64,000 nucleotides of DNA. It comes from Eledone cirrhosa (Eukaryota). The notes below the pieces were generated by a model. The model saw only the letters and a program-made list of their open reading frames with translations, was not told the origin of the DNA and did no database searches. The stretch lies in the NCBI GenBank assembly GCA_964016885.1, contig OZ024765.1, forward strand, positions 14,260,001-14,324,000. The letters run 5' to 3'. How positions within the stretch are numbered: the first letter of the stretch is position 1; each line of letters opens with the position of its first letter. A program made the position numbers and the translations under genes. Below are positions 13,998-27,465 of this stretch, in pieces.

Positions 13998-14143
13998 TAT
14001 ATATATCATCATCATCATCATCATCATCATCATTTAACGTCCATCTTCCACGCTTGCATGGGTTTAGGGGTTGTGGTAAGGAACCAGATGGACCCATAAT
14101 GCACCAGAGTACTCAATACTTAGGGTAGTAGAGTGGGTAATAG

Positions 14144-14251
14144 GAAAATGTATGACCCCGACGGCAGATCTCAAGCCATTTCGACGGCTATTTCTAGACT
14201 GAAATAGCCGTCGAAATGGCTTGAGCTCTGCCGTCGGGGTCATACATTTTC
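14144..14251. repeat. Fold-back palindrome (about 51-bp arms, one mismatch) at the end of a repeat also present at 12380-12520
   Basis: gaaaatgtatgaccccgacggcag...tagact...ctgccgtcggggtcatacattttc. Confidence 0.9.
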
Positions 14252-14252
14252 T

Positions 14253-14316
<64 letters not shown>

Positions 14317-14319
<3 letters not shown>

Positions 14320-14838
14320 ACATGGGCAGCAACTGCAGAAGATATGCGACGGCTGGAGAGAAATGAGGCAAGCATGCTCCATTGGATGTGCAATGTCAAT
14401 GTGCGTGAACGACCGAGCATGGATGTGTTGAGGGAGAAACTGTGTCTGAGAGGGATAGATTGTGGTGTGCAAGAGAGGGGACTGAGATGGTATAGACATG
14501 TGATGTACATGGAGGATGACCGATGGGTGAAGAAGTGCCAAGAAATCACAGTAGAAGGAAGACGTGGTAGAGGTAGACCACGAAAATCATGGGCGGAGGT
14601 GGTGAGAGAGAAACTTTGTTTAAGAAGGATAAGTTGTAGTGTGCGGGAGAGGAGACTGAGATGGTATGGACATGTGATGTACATGGAGGATGACCGATGG
14701 GTGAAGAAGTGCCAGGAAATCACAGTAGAAGGAAGACGTGGTAGAGGTAGACCACGAAAATCATGTGGAGAGATGCTGTGCTGAATAGGACCCGTGCCAC
14801 CCTTGCAAGCAGGGAAAAGTGGATGTAAAATGATGATA
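14317..14838 (+). mobile_element. RTE-clade LINE 3' fragment with a 180-bp internal duplication
   Basis: RLRWYGHVMYM...EGRRGRGRPRKSW peptide and (atg)n tail. Related fragments at 19750-20340 -, 20555-20975 +, 30130-30480 + and 32190-32360 +. Confidence 0.85.
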
Positions 14839-15420
14839 TATATGTATATATATATAAATATTTATACATTCATACACATACCTCCACCTACATGTATGTA
14901 CACACACACACATATATACATACGCACACATATGTTTAGATATATACATGCACACTCACATATTTAGATATACACACACACACACACATATATATATATA
15001 TGTATATACATACGCACACATATATTTAGATATATACATACATATATATGTATACATATACACATGCACACACTCACATATATATATATACGTACATATA
15101 TACTTTTACACACACACACACACATATATACACACATATATATATATATACATATATATACACACACATATTTATTTCAACTGTTTTGCTTAAAACTTTA
15201 AAAATATATGACCTTGCTGCAGTACAAACCATTGTCAAGTTACCAGATTATAACCTAGTCTAAATATATTATATTATAGTCTCTCTCCCTCTCTCTATCT
15301 CTCTCTCTCTCTTTTTATATATATATTTATATATATATATATATATTTATTTATTAAAATAACAGATTAAAGTCTTAACATTTTTATTATTACTATATAT
15401 ATATATATATATATATATAT

Positions 15421-15748
15421 CATCATTTCATTTTACGTCCGCTTTTTCCCTGCTTGTAAGGGTGAGACGGGAACTGATTCTGGCTTGATTTCTACAGCTG
15501 GATGCCCTTCCTAACACCAACCTCATTTACAGTGAGTGCTGGGTGCTTTTTTTGCCATGGCACCTCCACGACCACTTTGCAGTGGAATGATAGGGACCCC
15601 AGTCCCTATCATCTCATTTCTACAGCTGAGTAAACTGGAGCAATGTGAAATAAAGTGTCTTGCTCAAGGAAACAACACATCACCCAGTCTCAGAATTGAA
15701 CTCACAACCTTTCGATGGCAAGACCAATGCTCTAACCACTAAGCCATA
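15421..15748 (-). mobile_element. Composite tRNA-derived SINE (tRNA head, CORE/V-like segment, Nin-like domain, RTE tail)
   Basis: Head tggcttagtggttagagca...gagttcaattc, then ccttgagcaagacactt, ggttggtgttaggaagggcatccagctgtagaaa, and a tail shared with RTE. Confidence 0.75.
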
Positions 15749-15809
15749 TGTATATATATATATATATACACACACATATATAACCTACAGTCTAAATATA
15801 TTCTATTCT

Positions 15810-15848
<39 letters not shown>

Positions 15849-16271
15849 ATATATATATATGTATATATAACCCATGCTAGCATGGAACATGGACGTTAAA
15901 CGAAGATGATGATATATATATATAACCTACAGTCTAAATATATTCTATTCTAGTCTCTCTCTCTCTTTTTATGTATATATATATATGTAGGTGTCACGAC
16001 AAAAAAACACACAGTCCACGCTGTAATGTGGCAGTGTAGGTAACATGGTAAAAACCTCCCAGTCAACACTGTAAACATGGTTGGTGTTAGGAAGGGCATC
16101 CAGCCGTAGAAAACCCGCCAGACAGTCCTATGCGAGCAAGACAACCAATCTTGCCTCAAGTGGCAAAATTCCCGTCCAAACCCATGCAAGCGTGGAAGAT
16201 GGACGTTAAATGATGATGATGATGATGATATATATATATAATCTACAGTCTAAATACATTCTATTCTAGTG

Positions 16272-16304
<33 letters not shown>

Positions 16305-16443
16305 CTATATATATATATATATATATATATATCTAAGGCGGGTAAAATTCCCGAGATCCATGGACGAGTTCTCTCCAGCGGTCTCTGTCCCTCATTATCG
16401 CTGCCATGTTCTGCATCTCCAACAGACCAGTGTCTGTCCTTAG

Positions 16444-16491
<48 letters not shown>

Positions 16492-16495
<4 letters not shown>

Positions 16496-17217
16496 TTACA
16501 ATAATCAAAGTTCAGTTTAAGTCATTTATTTGCTTACAATTGTTTCCTCCAAACCGAGGTTTGGATTCTTCGGAGCAACTATTTACTGATCTATAACATA
16601 CTTGACCTCCTTTTCAACCCAAGAGACACATAAAACATATGCGCATATTAATCAACAGTGGGGTGACATTCATCAAATGGTATAGCATGGCAATTTACAT
16701 ATAAAGGTTACAGGATAAAAATAAAATAAAAACAAGAATGAAAATAAAGATAAACATGAAGCGTTGGCAGTCTATGAAGATAAAGCAAGAGGAAAGCTTA
16801 GAGTAGTCTGTGTATGAAACAGTTTCACGTGTATCATGCACGCGTGTCTTATTTATACATGATTAGAGTGCGTCAGAATGATATTTGCAGGGTCAGGCAG
16901 TTGAAGCAGGCAATCGATCTTATTATGTGGGCTGGATTATTAAGTCATTTATTCTCATACATCTGTATGATATACAGTCTCGGATGCAGGGAAACACCAA
17001 AATATCAAAAACTTTCCACATACTATAAACCTTATTGCATCGTAGGCAAAGCCGTACCACTGTCTTCGCTCACACCACCAATCACATAATCCATGAGACG
17101 CAATATATATAGAGAACACTTGTCTATCGTATAATTCGCGGTTGTTCAGCATATAAGGAGGAAACAATTGTAAGCAAATAAATGACTTAAACTGAACTTT
17201 GATTATTGTAATCTCTA
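16492..17217 (-). mobile_element. Penelope-like element remnant with a 60-bp inverted terminal duplication
   Basis: 16492-16550 is the reverse complement of 17157-17217. Carries a hammerhead-like motif. The terminal part recurs at 56666-56790. Confidence 0.55.
16530..16578 (-). ncRNA. Type-I minimal hammerhead variant with a CCGAAGA core
   Basis: ttgct-CCGAAGA-a-tccaaac-ctcg-gtttgga-g-GAAA-caattg-TA-agcaa. Confidence 0.6.
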
Positions 17218-17823
17218 TATAACTGCTCTGTAAAACAACTGATGTTATTACATTGAGCTATTTATCTTACTGGTAATAGGATAGTAATTAATGACTATCT
17301 TTCACTATTTAGGGTTTGTGTATATATAATATAATACCATTAAAGGTTTTATTGCATACATAACCATAAATAGTACCCTTAATACTATATATATATATAT
17401 ATATAAACAAACATAAATTATCGAGATTCGCATTTCGGCCCACGAAATAACGAAAAACAACCTCCGAGATGTGAGACAAGTGCTCAATGATTCAGATGAA
17501 CCAGAGCTATAACAAACGTTAAAGGCCAAACACACTGAGACAATGGTTAAACAATCATTCGCATAGCCAAAAAAACGATCAAGTAATTCGGGTATTGAAA
17601 ATATATATATATATAAAATATACGTTATTCCGGGTTGAATCGGAGGTAACCACAGTAAGTAAGGTACTCAATACATTGCAGAGTATAAAAGTTTTAATAT
17701 AGATGAGATTCTACAGGACTAGAACTGTTTCATTCTTTAGAAATCATCATCATATATATATATAAAACAGTGAGTGTGTTCTGATATTATTTCTGCAATA
17801 TTATTACAACAATATTATTACAA

Positions 17824-18112
17824 CAAAAGATGGTTAAAAGAGTTCCATGTATTTTATTATGCGCATTTCAAAAACAAATATCATCATGGGATGATATTTG
17901 CGTTCTCATCAGATAAAATAGGGAGACATGATATGAAGCTTAAAAAACACTTGTGAGCAGTGAAGTGTTAAATCACTGCTCGCAAGTGTTTTTTAAGCTT
18001 CATATCATGTCACCCTATTTTATCTGATGAGAACGCAAATATCATCCCATGATGATATTTGTTTTTGAAATGCGCATAATAAAATACATGGAACTCTTTT
18101 AACCATCTTTTG
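17824..18112. repeat. Second fold-back palindrome of the 6851 family (about 140-bp arms, two mismatches)
   Basis: Arms are reverse complementary around the loop at 17964-17972. Homologous to, but diverged from, 6851-7171. Confidence 0.93.
18016..18086 (+). ncRNA. Type-I minimal hammerhead ribozyme; mirror copy on the minus strand at 17850-17920
   Basis: tattttat-CTGATGA-gaacg-caaatatcatc-ccat-gatgatatttg-ttttt-GAAA-tgcgca-TA-ataaaata. Confidence 0.8.
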
Positions 18113-18154
18113 ATTTTATATTATATATATATATATATATATACATACACACAC

Positions 18155-18186
<32 letters not shown>

Positions 18187-18412
18187 CCATATATATATAT
18201 ATATACATACATACACAGCAACTATGTCCCTGATTATGGAAATAACAACTATATATAGCCTCACACACATATATATATATACATATATATAATACAAGTA
18301 TGTGACTTAGTAAAGACAATAACAATTTATATATAAATACTCGTACCCACCGATCCACCCACACACATATGTATCCTTACAATAGCTATTTATACGCAGT
18401 ACTTTTATATAT

Positions 18413-18465
<53 letters not shown>

Positions 18466-18484
18466 CAGTGACATAGTTTCTGTA

Positions 18485-18525
<41 letters not shown>

Positions 18526-18649
18526 TAGTGTGGAAGATGGATGTTAAATAACGATGATGATGATGATTTATATATATATTTATATATATATATATATATA
18601 TATATAAATCATCATCATCATCGTTATTTAACGTCCATCTTCCACGCTA

Positions 18650-18686
<37 letters not shown>

Positions 18687-18705
18687 CAGTGGCATAGTTT
18701 CTGTA

Positions 18706-18775
<70 letters not shown>

Positions 18776-19101
18776 TATGCTAGCGTGGAAGATGGACGTT
18801 AAATAACGATGATGATGATGATTTATATAAATATATATATATATATATATGCAAAGTTTTATTTAAATTGTTGGGTTACAACGAGTAAATATTTATAACT
18901 GATATAAAAGCACTCAACAAGTATTTGGAGTATATTTACGATATTAAATAAATGGAAACTATATTTATAAAACCATATTTATTTCATTATATATATTTCA
19001 GGGATATCATATTAAAAATATATATATATAGTAAGTTATTCCGGGTTGAATCGGAGGTAACCACAGTAAGTTAGGTACTCAATACATAGCAGAGTATAAA
19101 A

Positions 19102-19235
19102 GTTTTAATATAGATGAGATTCTACAGGACTAGAACTGTTTCATTCTTTAGAAATCATCAGGAATCTCCTGATGATTCCTGATGATTTCTAAAGAATGAA
19201 ACAATTCTAGTCCTGTAGAATCTCATCTATATTAA

Positions 19236-19238
<3 letters not shown>
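19102..19238. repeat. Fold-back palindrome with CTGATGA..GAAA cores on both arms; relatives at 17624-17750 and 26847-26939
   Basis: About 63-bp inverted arms. Core CTGATGA-tttc-taaa-gaat-GAAA; stem I is not clear. Confidence 0.85.
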
Positions 19239-19290
<52 letters not shown>

Positions 19291-19503
19291 TCATCATCAT
19301 CATCGTCGTTTAACATCCATCTTCCATGCTAGCATGGGTCTGGACGGAGTATATATATATATATGATGATGATGATGATGATATGATGATGATGATGATG
19401 ATGATATATATATATATGCCAACTATTTGACTAAGTTAGACAATAACAACAACCATATGTACCAATTCCTCTCATTATTAATGCCAGGTTTTGGTATTTT
19501 CTG

Positions 19504-19544
<41 letters not shown>

Positions 19545-22317
19545 TATATGTATATACATATATACACATCTATGTATATGTATATATATATATATATATA
19601 TATAAATGGTGGCTCTATAGTCAACACCCCACCCCCTGACAAACACACATGTTAATATAAATACTGCGACATTGTTCTTTGAATACTGGATGACAAAATG
19701 AAACTTTACTGGTAGTTCTACACACGTTCTTACACACACACAAACACATCATCATCATCATCATCATCATTTTTACGTCCGTTTTTTTTTTTCGCTTTTT
19801 TTCACACATGCATGGCTTGGCTAGGTCTTTCTCAGCACAGCATCTCTCCACTCTCCGTCTTCTTTCGTCATCTCCTCTGTGAGCCTCACTGATTTGAGAT
19901 CAGCTCTTACCACCTCTGCCCTGGACTTCCTTGGTCAACCTCCACTGGGATTTCCTGGTTCTTCTTCATCCAGAAATCATCCATACACATCACATGTCTA
20001 TACTAACACAGTCTGTAGTCTGCCTAGGTCTTCCTTGGTCAACCTCTACTGTGGCTTCCCTCCACTGGGATTTCCTGGTATTTCTTCATCACCCATACAC
20101 ATCACATGTCTATACCAGCACAGCCTTTAGTCTGCCCAGGTCTTCCTTGGTCAACCTCTACTGAGGCTTCCCTCCACTGGGATTTCCTGGTATTTCTTCA
20201 TCACCCAGCAACCATCATCCATACACATCACATGTCTATACCAGCACAGTCTTTAGTCTGCCCAGGTCTTCCTTCGTTAACCTCTACTGTGGCTTCCCTC
20301 TACTGGGATTTCTTGGCACTTCATCCAGCGATCATTATCCATGTACATCATATATATATATATATATTAGAGGGAGACCAAGGTCCCAGTGGAAGGGAGC
20401 TGTGAGAGAGGAAGACCATGGAAGACCTGGGCAGACGTTGTCAGAGCTGATCCCAAATCACTGAGTCTCAGACTCAAATGATATATTTGAAAAAAACAGA
20501 GAAATGACTTCACTGGAGGCTGGTAATCTTCAACAGTTCAAAGCTTTACAAGTGGCATGCTCCGATGGATGTGTAATAGTAATGTGCGTAAATGGCGAAG
20601 CATAAACGAATTAAGAGAGAGACTAAGCATAAGAGGTATCAAATATTGTGTTCTGGAGAGGAGATTGCATTGGTATGGACATGTGATGCGTATGAAGGAC
20701 GACAGTTGTATAAAAAAGTGTAGAGCAATGAAAATTGATGGAAGCTACTGAGTGGGTAAATCAAGAAAAACCTGGGGCAAGGTGATAAAAACTGACCTTG
20801 CTCATTTACACCTCTCTAAGACAATGTCACTGGATCGAGATCTTTGGCACTATGGAGTTATACAGAAGACCCCGACCGCTATTGCATACAAACCTGCAGT
20901 CAGTAGGCACCCCTTAACCCAATATACACCCCAATCCACACACCCTACTCTATGCTCCCTTTCCCGTTCCATCCATTATTTATCTAGTGGAGGCGTGTGG
21001 CTGAGTGGTTAGAGAATTGGATTCACAATCTTGAGGTTGTCAGTTCGATTCCTGGACCGGGCGATGCGTTATGTCCTTGAGCAAGACACTTTATTTTCCC
21101 GTTGCTCCTTCTACCTGGAGTTGCGACAGATAGATAGTATTAGCAACTGGAAAGACCAACGGAAACACTGTTTCCTCGGTCCAATCTGACGAAAGTCGAT
21201 CGACAAATTTTATCTAGTTGATTTCTACGGACTAAAGAGGAAAAGAATTGGATAAATTTTGTCTGACTGTTCTTCAAACTTTATATATATATATATATTT
21301 GTGTGTGTATGTGTGTGTGTGAGTGTGAGTGAGTGTGTGAGTGTGTGTGTGTATCTACACATCCTTTCTTGTAGCCAGGACATGTGACTGGCCAATGTAT
21401 GTTAAGTACTGATTAAGAGACTTTAGTGCCCCCCCCCCCCCCACACACACACACACTACACCACCTCTCTGGACACAAACAGACAAGTGTTGAAAAAGAG
21501 AGTGAGACAGAGAGGAGGTGAGAAGGAGGATAGAGGAGGAGGAGAGAGAGAGAGGAAGAAATATAGAGATATATATAAAGAAGAATTTTATATATGAAGT
21601 GACAGAGATGACCAGATATATATATGTATGTGTGTATATATGTATATATGTATATATATATATGTATATATGTATATATATATATGTGTGTGTGTGTGTC
21701 TGTATATATATATGTATATATGTATATATATATGTGTGTGTGTGTGTGTGTCTGTATATATATATGTATATATGTATATATGTGTGTCTGTATATATATA
21801 TGTATGTGTGTATATATGTATATATGTATATATATATGTGTGTGTGTGTGTCTGTATATATATATGTATGTGTATATATATGTATATATGTATATATATA
21901 TATATGTGTGTGTGTGTCTGTATATATATATGTATGTGTGTATATATGTATATATATATATGTGTGTGTGTGTCTGTATATATATATGTATGTGTGTATA
22001 TATGTATATATGTATATATATATATATATCTGTGCGTGTCTGTATATATATATATGTATGTGTGTATATATGTATATATGTATATATATATATGTGTGTG
22101 TGTGTCTGTATATATATATATGTATGTGTGTATATATGTATATATGTATATATATATATGTGTGTGTGTCTGTATATATATATGTATGTATGTGTATGTC
22201 TGTCTGTATATATATATGTATGTATGTGTGTGTATGTGTCTGTATATATATATGTATGCATGTGTATGTCTGTCTGTATATATATATGTATGTATGTGTG
22301 TCTGTATATATATATGC

Positions 22318-22375
<58 letters not shown>

Positions 22376-22489
22376 GTGTATGCGTGTGTGTATGTATATA
22401 CATACACATATATATATGTGTCTGTATATATATATGTGTGTGTCAGTTATTTCACTTGATGTCAGTCATTTAGGATAGGTTCTCTTCTT

Positions 22490-23195
22490 TGTCCTGTTGT
22501 TGTTGTTGTTGTTGTAGTTGTTGTTGTGTTGGTTGTTGTGGTGGTGGTGGTTGTTGTGGTTGTTGTTACTACTGTTGTTGTGCTTGTTGTTGTTATTGTC
22601 ACTGTTGCAGTTGTGGTTGGTATTGTTGCAGGTGCTGTTGTTGTGGTTGTTATTGTTGTTGTAGTTGTTGTGGTTGTTGTTGTGGTTGTTGTTGTTGTAG
22701 TTGTTGTTGTGGTTGTTGTTGTTGTGGTGGTGGTGGTGGTAACAGTGGTTGTTATTGTGGTGGCTGCTGTTGTTGTTATTGTTGTAGTTGTTATTGTTGT
22801 TGTGGTTGTTGTTATGGTTGTGGCTGTTATTGTTGTTGTTGTGGTGGTTGTTATTGTTGTGGTGGTTGTTATTGTTGTTGTGGTTGTTGTTGTTGTGGTG
22901 GTGGTAACAGTGGTTGTTATTGTTGTGGTTGTTATTGTGGTGGCTGCTGTTGTTGTTATTGTTGTTGTTGTAGTTGTTATTGTTGTGGTGGTTGTTGTTA
23001 TGGTAGTGGTGGTTGTTATTGTTGTGGAGGTTGTTGTTGTTGTGGTGGTTGTTGTGGTTGTTATTGTGGTGGCTGTTGTTGTTATTGTAGTTGTTGTGGT
23101 TGTGGTTGTTATTATTGTGGTGGTTGTTGTGGTTGTGGTTGTTATTGTTATTGTTGTGGTTATGGTTGTTATTGTTGCTATGGTTGTTGTTATGG
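22490..23195. repeat. (GTT/GGT)n trinucleotide field
   Basis: Low complexity. Similar fields at 45370-46210, 60070-60480 and 61315-62990. Confidence 0.95.
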
Positions 23196-23959
23196 TAGGT
23201 ATGTGGGTGGGTAGGTATATGGGTGGGTATGTATGTGGGTGGGTAGGTATGTGGGTGGGTAGTATGTGGGTAGTTAGGTAGGTATGTGGGTAGTTAGGTA
23301 GGTATGTGTGTAAGTGGGTAGATATGTAGGTAGGTATGTGGGTGGGTAGGTATGTGGGTAGTTAGGTAGGTATGTGTGTAAGTGGGTAGATATGTAGGTA
23401 GGCATGTATGTAGTAGTTTGATGGCAGGTAGGTACGTATATATATATATATATGTCTGTAAATATGTACATGTGCTTAGAGAGAGAGATAGGTAAACCAC
23501 CTGGTGAACCCCAGGTCAGTGGTGATAAGATATAATATACTGAACTCAACATCATTCTGCAGAGGTTAACAACAGTCAAGTACTCCTGATCAGATATTCT
23601 CATCAACAAATTGCTTGCTTTCAAAGTTATTTGAAGACCATAGGCTGTGTCTTTCATTAGAAATATGGTAATGAAAGGGTTAAAGACATAGACAGCTACA
23701 CCCCTGAAGACATCTCTAGTACAGCTACACCCCTGAAGACCTGACCAGTACAGCTACACACCTGAAGACATCTCCAGTACAGCTATACACCTGAAGATAT
23801 CTCCAGTACACCTAAAGATATGACCAAAACCAAACAGAAAGCAGTGGAGGTTAACCAGGGAGGAGGGATTCCTCTGTCAGGAGTGAGAAGGATTTGGATT
23901 TGAAATGAGATTTAGCTGCTATTTCTAATAAACAGAGGCTTCCTAGTGTGTGTGTGTTA

Positions 23960-24745
23960 CAGCTCACACCTATGCAGGTTTAGCTGGCCTCCTCCAAGGT
24001 ATATCTCGTTGGAGGTGTCCTGGGTGATTTAATGATAGGGACCTCAGTCCTATCATCTCATTTCTACAGCTGAGTAAACTGGAGCAATGGGAAATACAGT
24101 GTCTTGCTCAAGGAAACAACACATCACCAGGTCTGAAAATTGAACTCACAACCTTTTGATTGCAAGGCCAATGCTCTAACCACTAAGCCATGCGCCTTCA
24201 CAAAGTGGTCATGTAGGTGTCACAATAAAAAGCTCCCAGTCCACAATGTAAAGTGGTCATGTTGTTGTTGTTACAGCTCACACCTATACAGGTTTAGCTG
24301 GCCTCCCCCAAGGTATATCTCGTTGGAGGTGTCCTGGGTGATTTAATGATAGGGACCCCAGTCCTATCATCTCATTTCTACAGCTGAGTAAACTGGAGCA
24401 ATGGGAAATAAAGTGTCTTGCTCAAGGAAACAACACATCACCCGGTCTGAAAATTGAACTCACAACCTTTCGATTGCAAAACCAATGCTCTAACCACTAA
24501 GCCATGTGCCTTCCTAGCCACTTATATGGCCATATCTCGTTGGAGGTGTCTTGGGTGATTTAATGATAGGGACCTCAGTCCTATCATCTCATTTCTACAG
24601 CTGAGTAAACTGGAGCAATGGGAAATAAAGTGTCTTGCTCAAGGAAACAACACATCACCCGGTCTGAAAATTGAACTCACAACCTTTTGATTGCAAGGCC
24701 AATGCTCTAACCACTAAGCCATGCGCCTTCCTAGCCACTTATATG
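23960..24745 (-). mobile_element. Three tandem copies of the composite SINE head with shared flank
   Basis: Block atatctcgttggaggtgtcc...ctaagccatg repeated at about 24001, 24315 and 24532. Confidence 0.8.
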
Positions 24746-24992
24746 TCCATGCAATGTGTGTAGTGTGTATATATGTATAAGACATGTATGACAATTTGTA
24801 AAAGCCTGATGCTTTGCTAAACTATTTTATCTGATAAAAGCAAAATGCATGAAAGAAGAAAAAAGAAAATTTAATACAAATAAAATAAATGAATAAAAAA
24901 TGTGGCTTTCTGGGATCACTGAAAGATATTTGCTTCTCTGGTTATCATGGTAAGACATGTTGGCACCGGGTCTGGTGCTGTGTCAAATACTG

Positions 24993-25024
<32 letters not shown>

Positions 25025-25087
25025 CACATTTATACATATATATATATATACATACATACACACACATTTATACATAAATACATACAT

Positions 25088-25132
<45 letters not shown>

Positions 25133-25234
25133 CATACATTCATACATGTTTATATATATATATATATACACATACATTCATACATGTTTATATTATATAT
25201 ATATATATACATATATATATACACATACATACAT

Positions 25235-25288
<54 letters not shown>

Positions 25289-25458
25289 TCATACATGTTT
25301 ATATATATATATACACATACATACATTCATACATGTTTATATATATATATACACATACATACATTCATACATGTTTATATATATATATATATATATACAC
25401 ATACATACATTCATACATGTTTATATATATATATATACACATACATACATTCATACAT

Positions 25459-25515
<57 letters not shown>

Positions 25516-25618
25516 TACATACATTCATACATGTTTATATATATATATATATACATATACACATACATACATTCAAACATGTTTATATATATATATATAT
25601 ATATATACATACATACAT

Positions 25619-25655
<37 letters not shown>

Positions 25656-25708
25656 CATACATTAATACATGTTTATATATATATATACACATAGATAGAT
25701 CCATACAT

Positions 25709-25769
<61 letters not shown>

Positions 25770-26113
25770 CATACATTCATACATGTTTATATATATATAT
25801 ATATACACATACATACATTCATACATGTTTATATATATATATATACACATACATACATTCATACATGTTTATATATATACACATACATACATTCATACAT
25901 GTTTATATATATACACATACATACATTCATACATGTTTATATATATACACATACATACATTCATACATGTTTATATATATATATATACACATACATACAT
26001 TCATACATGTTTATATATATACACATACATACATTCATACATGTTTATATATATACACATACATACATTCATACATGTTTATATATATATATACACATAC
26101 ATACATTCATACA

Positions 26114-26155
<42 letters not shown>

Positions 26156-26173
26156 CATACATTCATACATGTT

Positions 26174-26205
<32 letters not shown>

Positions 26206-26224
26206 CATACATTCATACATGTTT

Positions 26225-26284
<60 letters not shown>

Positions 26285-26323
26285 GTATTAAATAAATTGA
26301 AACTATATTTATAAAACCATATT

Positions 26324-26384
26324 TATTCTGTTATATATATTTCAAGGGTACCAACATTTTGGTGCGCTATCATCAGATGAAATA
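26324..26384 (-). ncRNA. Type-I minimal hammerhead motif; partial relative at 18945-19010
   Basis: tatttcat-CTGATGA-tagcgcacca-aaatgt-tggtaccctt-GAAA-tatata-TA-acagaata. The relative has atgaaata, which restores stem I. Confidence 0.55.
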
Positions 26385-26957
26385 CAAAATGTTTTATAAA
26401 TATTTGACATGACCAAGGATGATATAATTTAACGGTTCAAATTATCCCTGGATAATATATATATATATAATATATATATTATATATATATACACACACAT
26501 ACATACATTCATAAACAAACACATACATACATGTTTATATATATATATATATATATACATATACACATATATACATTCATACACATATACACATACATGC
26601 ATACATACATACACACACACGCACGCACACACACACATACGTACATACATACATACACAAACATACATACATACATACATACATACATACATACATTTTG
26701 TTGTGACACCTACATGATCACTTTACAGTGTGGACTGGGTACTTTTTGTTGTGTCACCTACATGACCACATTGACAGTGTGGACTGGGAGCCTTTTTACC
26801 ATATCACCCACATGACCACTTTACATAGGACTGAAAAATATCCGAGCTTCTACAGGACTAGAACTGTTTCATTCATATGAAATCATCAGGCAATTCCTGT
26901 TGATTTCATACGAATGAAACAGTTGTAGTCCTGTGGAAGTAATTTCTATACATGCAT

Positions 26958-27300
26958 GGAGGCACATGGCTTAGTAGTTAGAGCATTGGCCTTGCAATCG
27001 AAAGGTTGTGAGTTCAATTCTCAGCAGACCGGGTGATGTGTTGTTTCCTTGAGTAAGACACTTTATTTGACATTGCTCCAGTTTACTCAGCTGTAGAAAT
27101 GAGATGATAGGGACTGGGGTCCATATCATTTAACTGCAAAGTGGTCGTGGAGGCGCCACGGAAAAACAGCACCCAGCACTCACTGTAAATGAGGTTGGTG
27201 TTAGGAAGGGCATTCGGCTGTAGAAATCAAGCCAGAATCAGTTCCCGTCCCACCCTTGCAAGCAGGGAAAAGCGGACGTAAAATGAAATGAAATGATGAA
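26958..27300 (+). mobile_element. Composite tRNA-SINE, full length
   Basis: Same family as 15421. Further copies at 46640-46975 -, 47507-47832 + and 58305-58663 +. Confidence 0.8.
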
Positions 27301-27465
27301 GGAAATGCATACATTATATATATATATATATAATAAGCTGAAGCTTATTATATATATTATTATATATTAGATATATATAATGCTGAGATGGCAAAAGACC
27401 ATGACAAGTGGAGAGATGCTATGCTGAATAGGGGCCGTCCCACCCTTGCAATCAGGGAAAAGCAG

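Noticed and set aside
20988-21110. tRNA-like sequence with A and B boxes
   Set aside because: Continues into a SINE body and has no proper acceptor stem; a SINE head.
21184-21215. CTGACGA followed by a gtc-gatc-gac hairpin
   Set aside because: Lacks GAAA and stem I.
22489-23281. Cys-rich, metallothionein/keratin-like ORF
   Set aside because: (GTT/GGT)n simple repeat with no gene structure.
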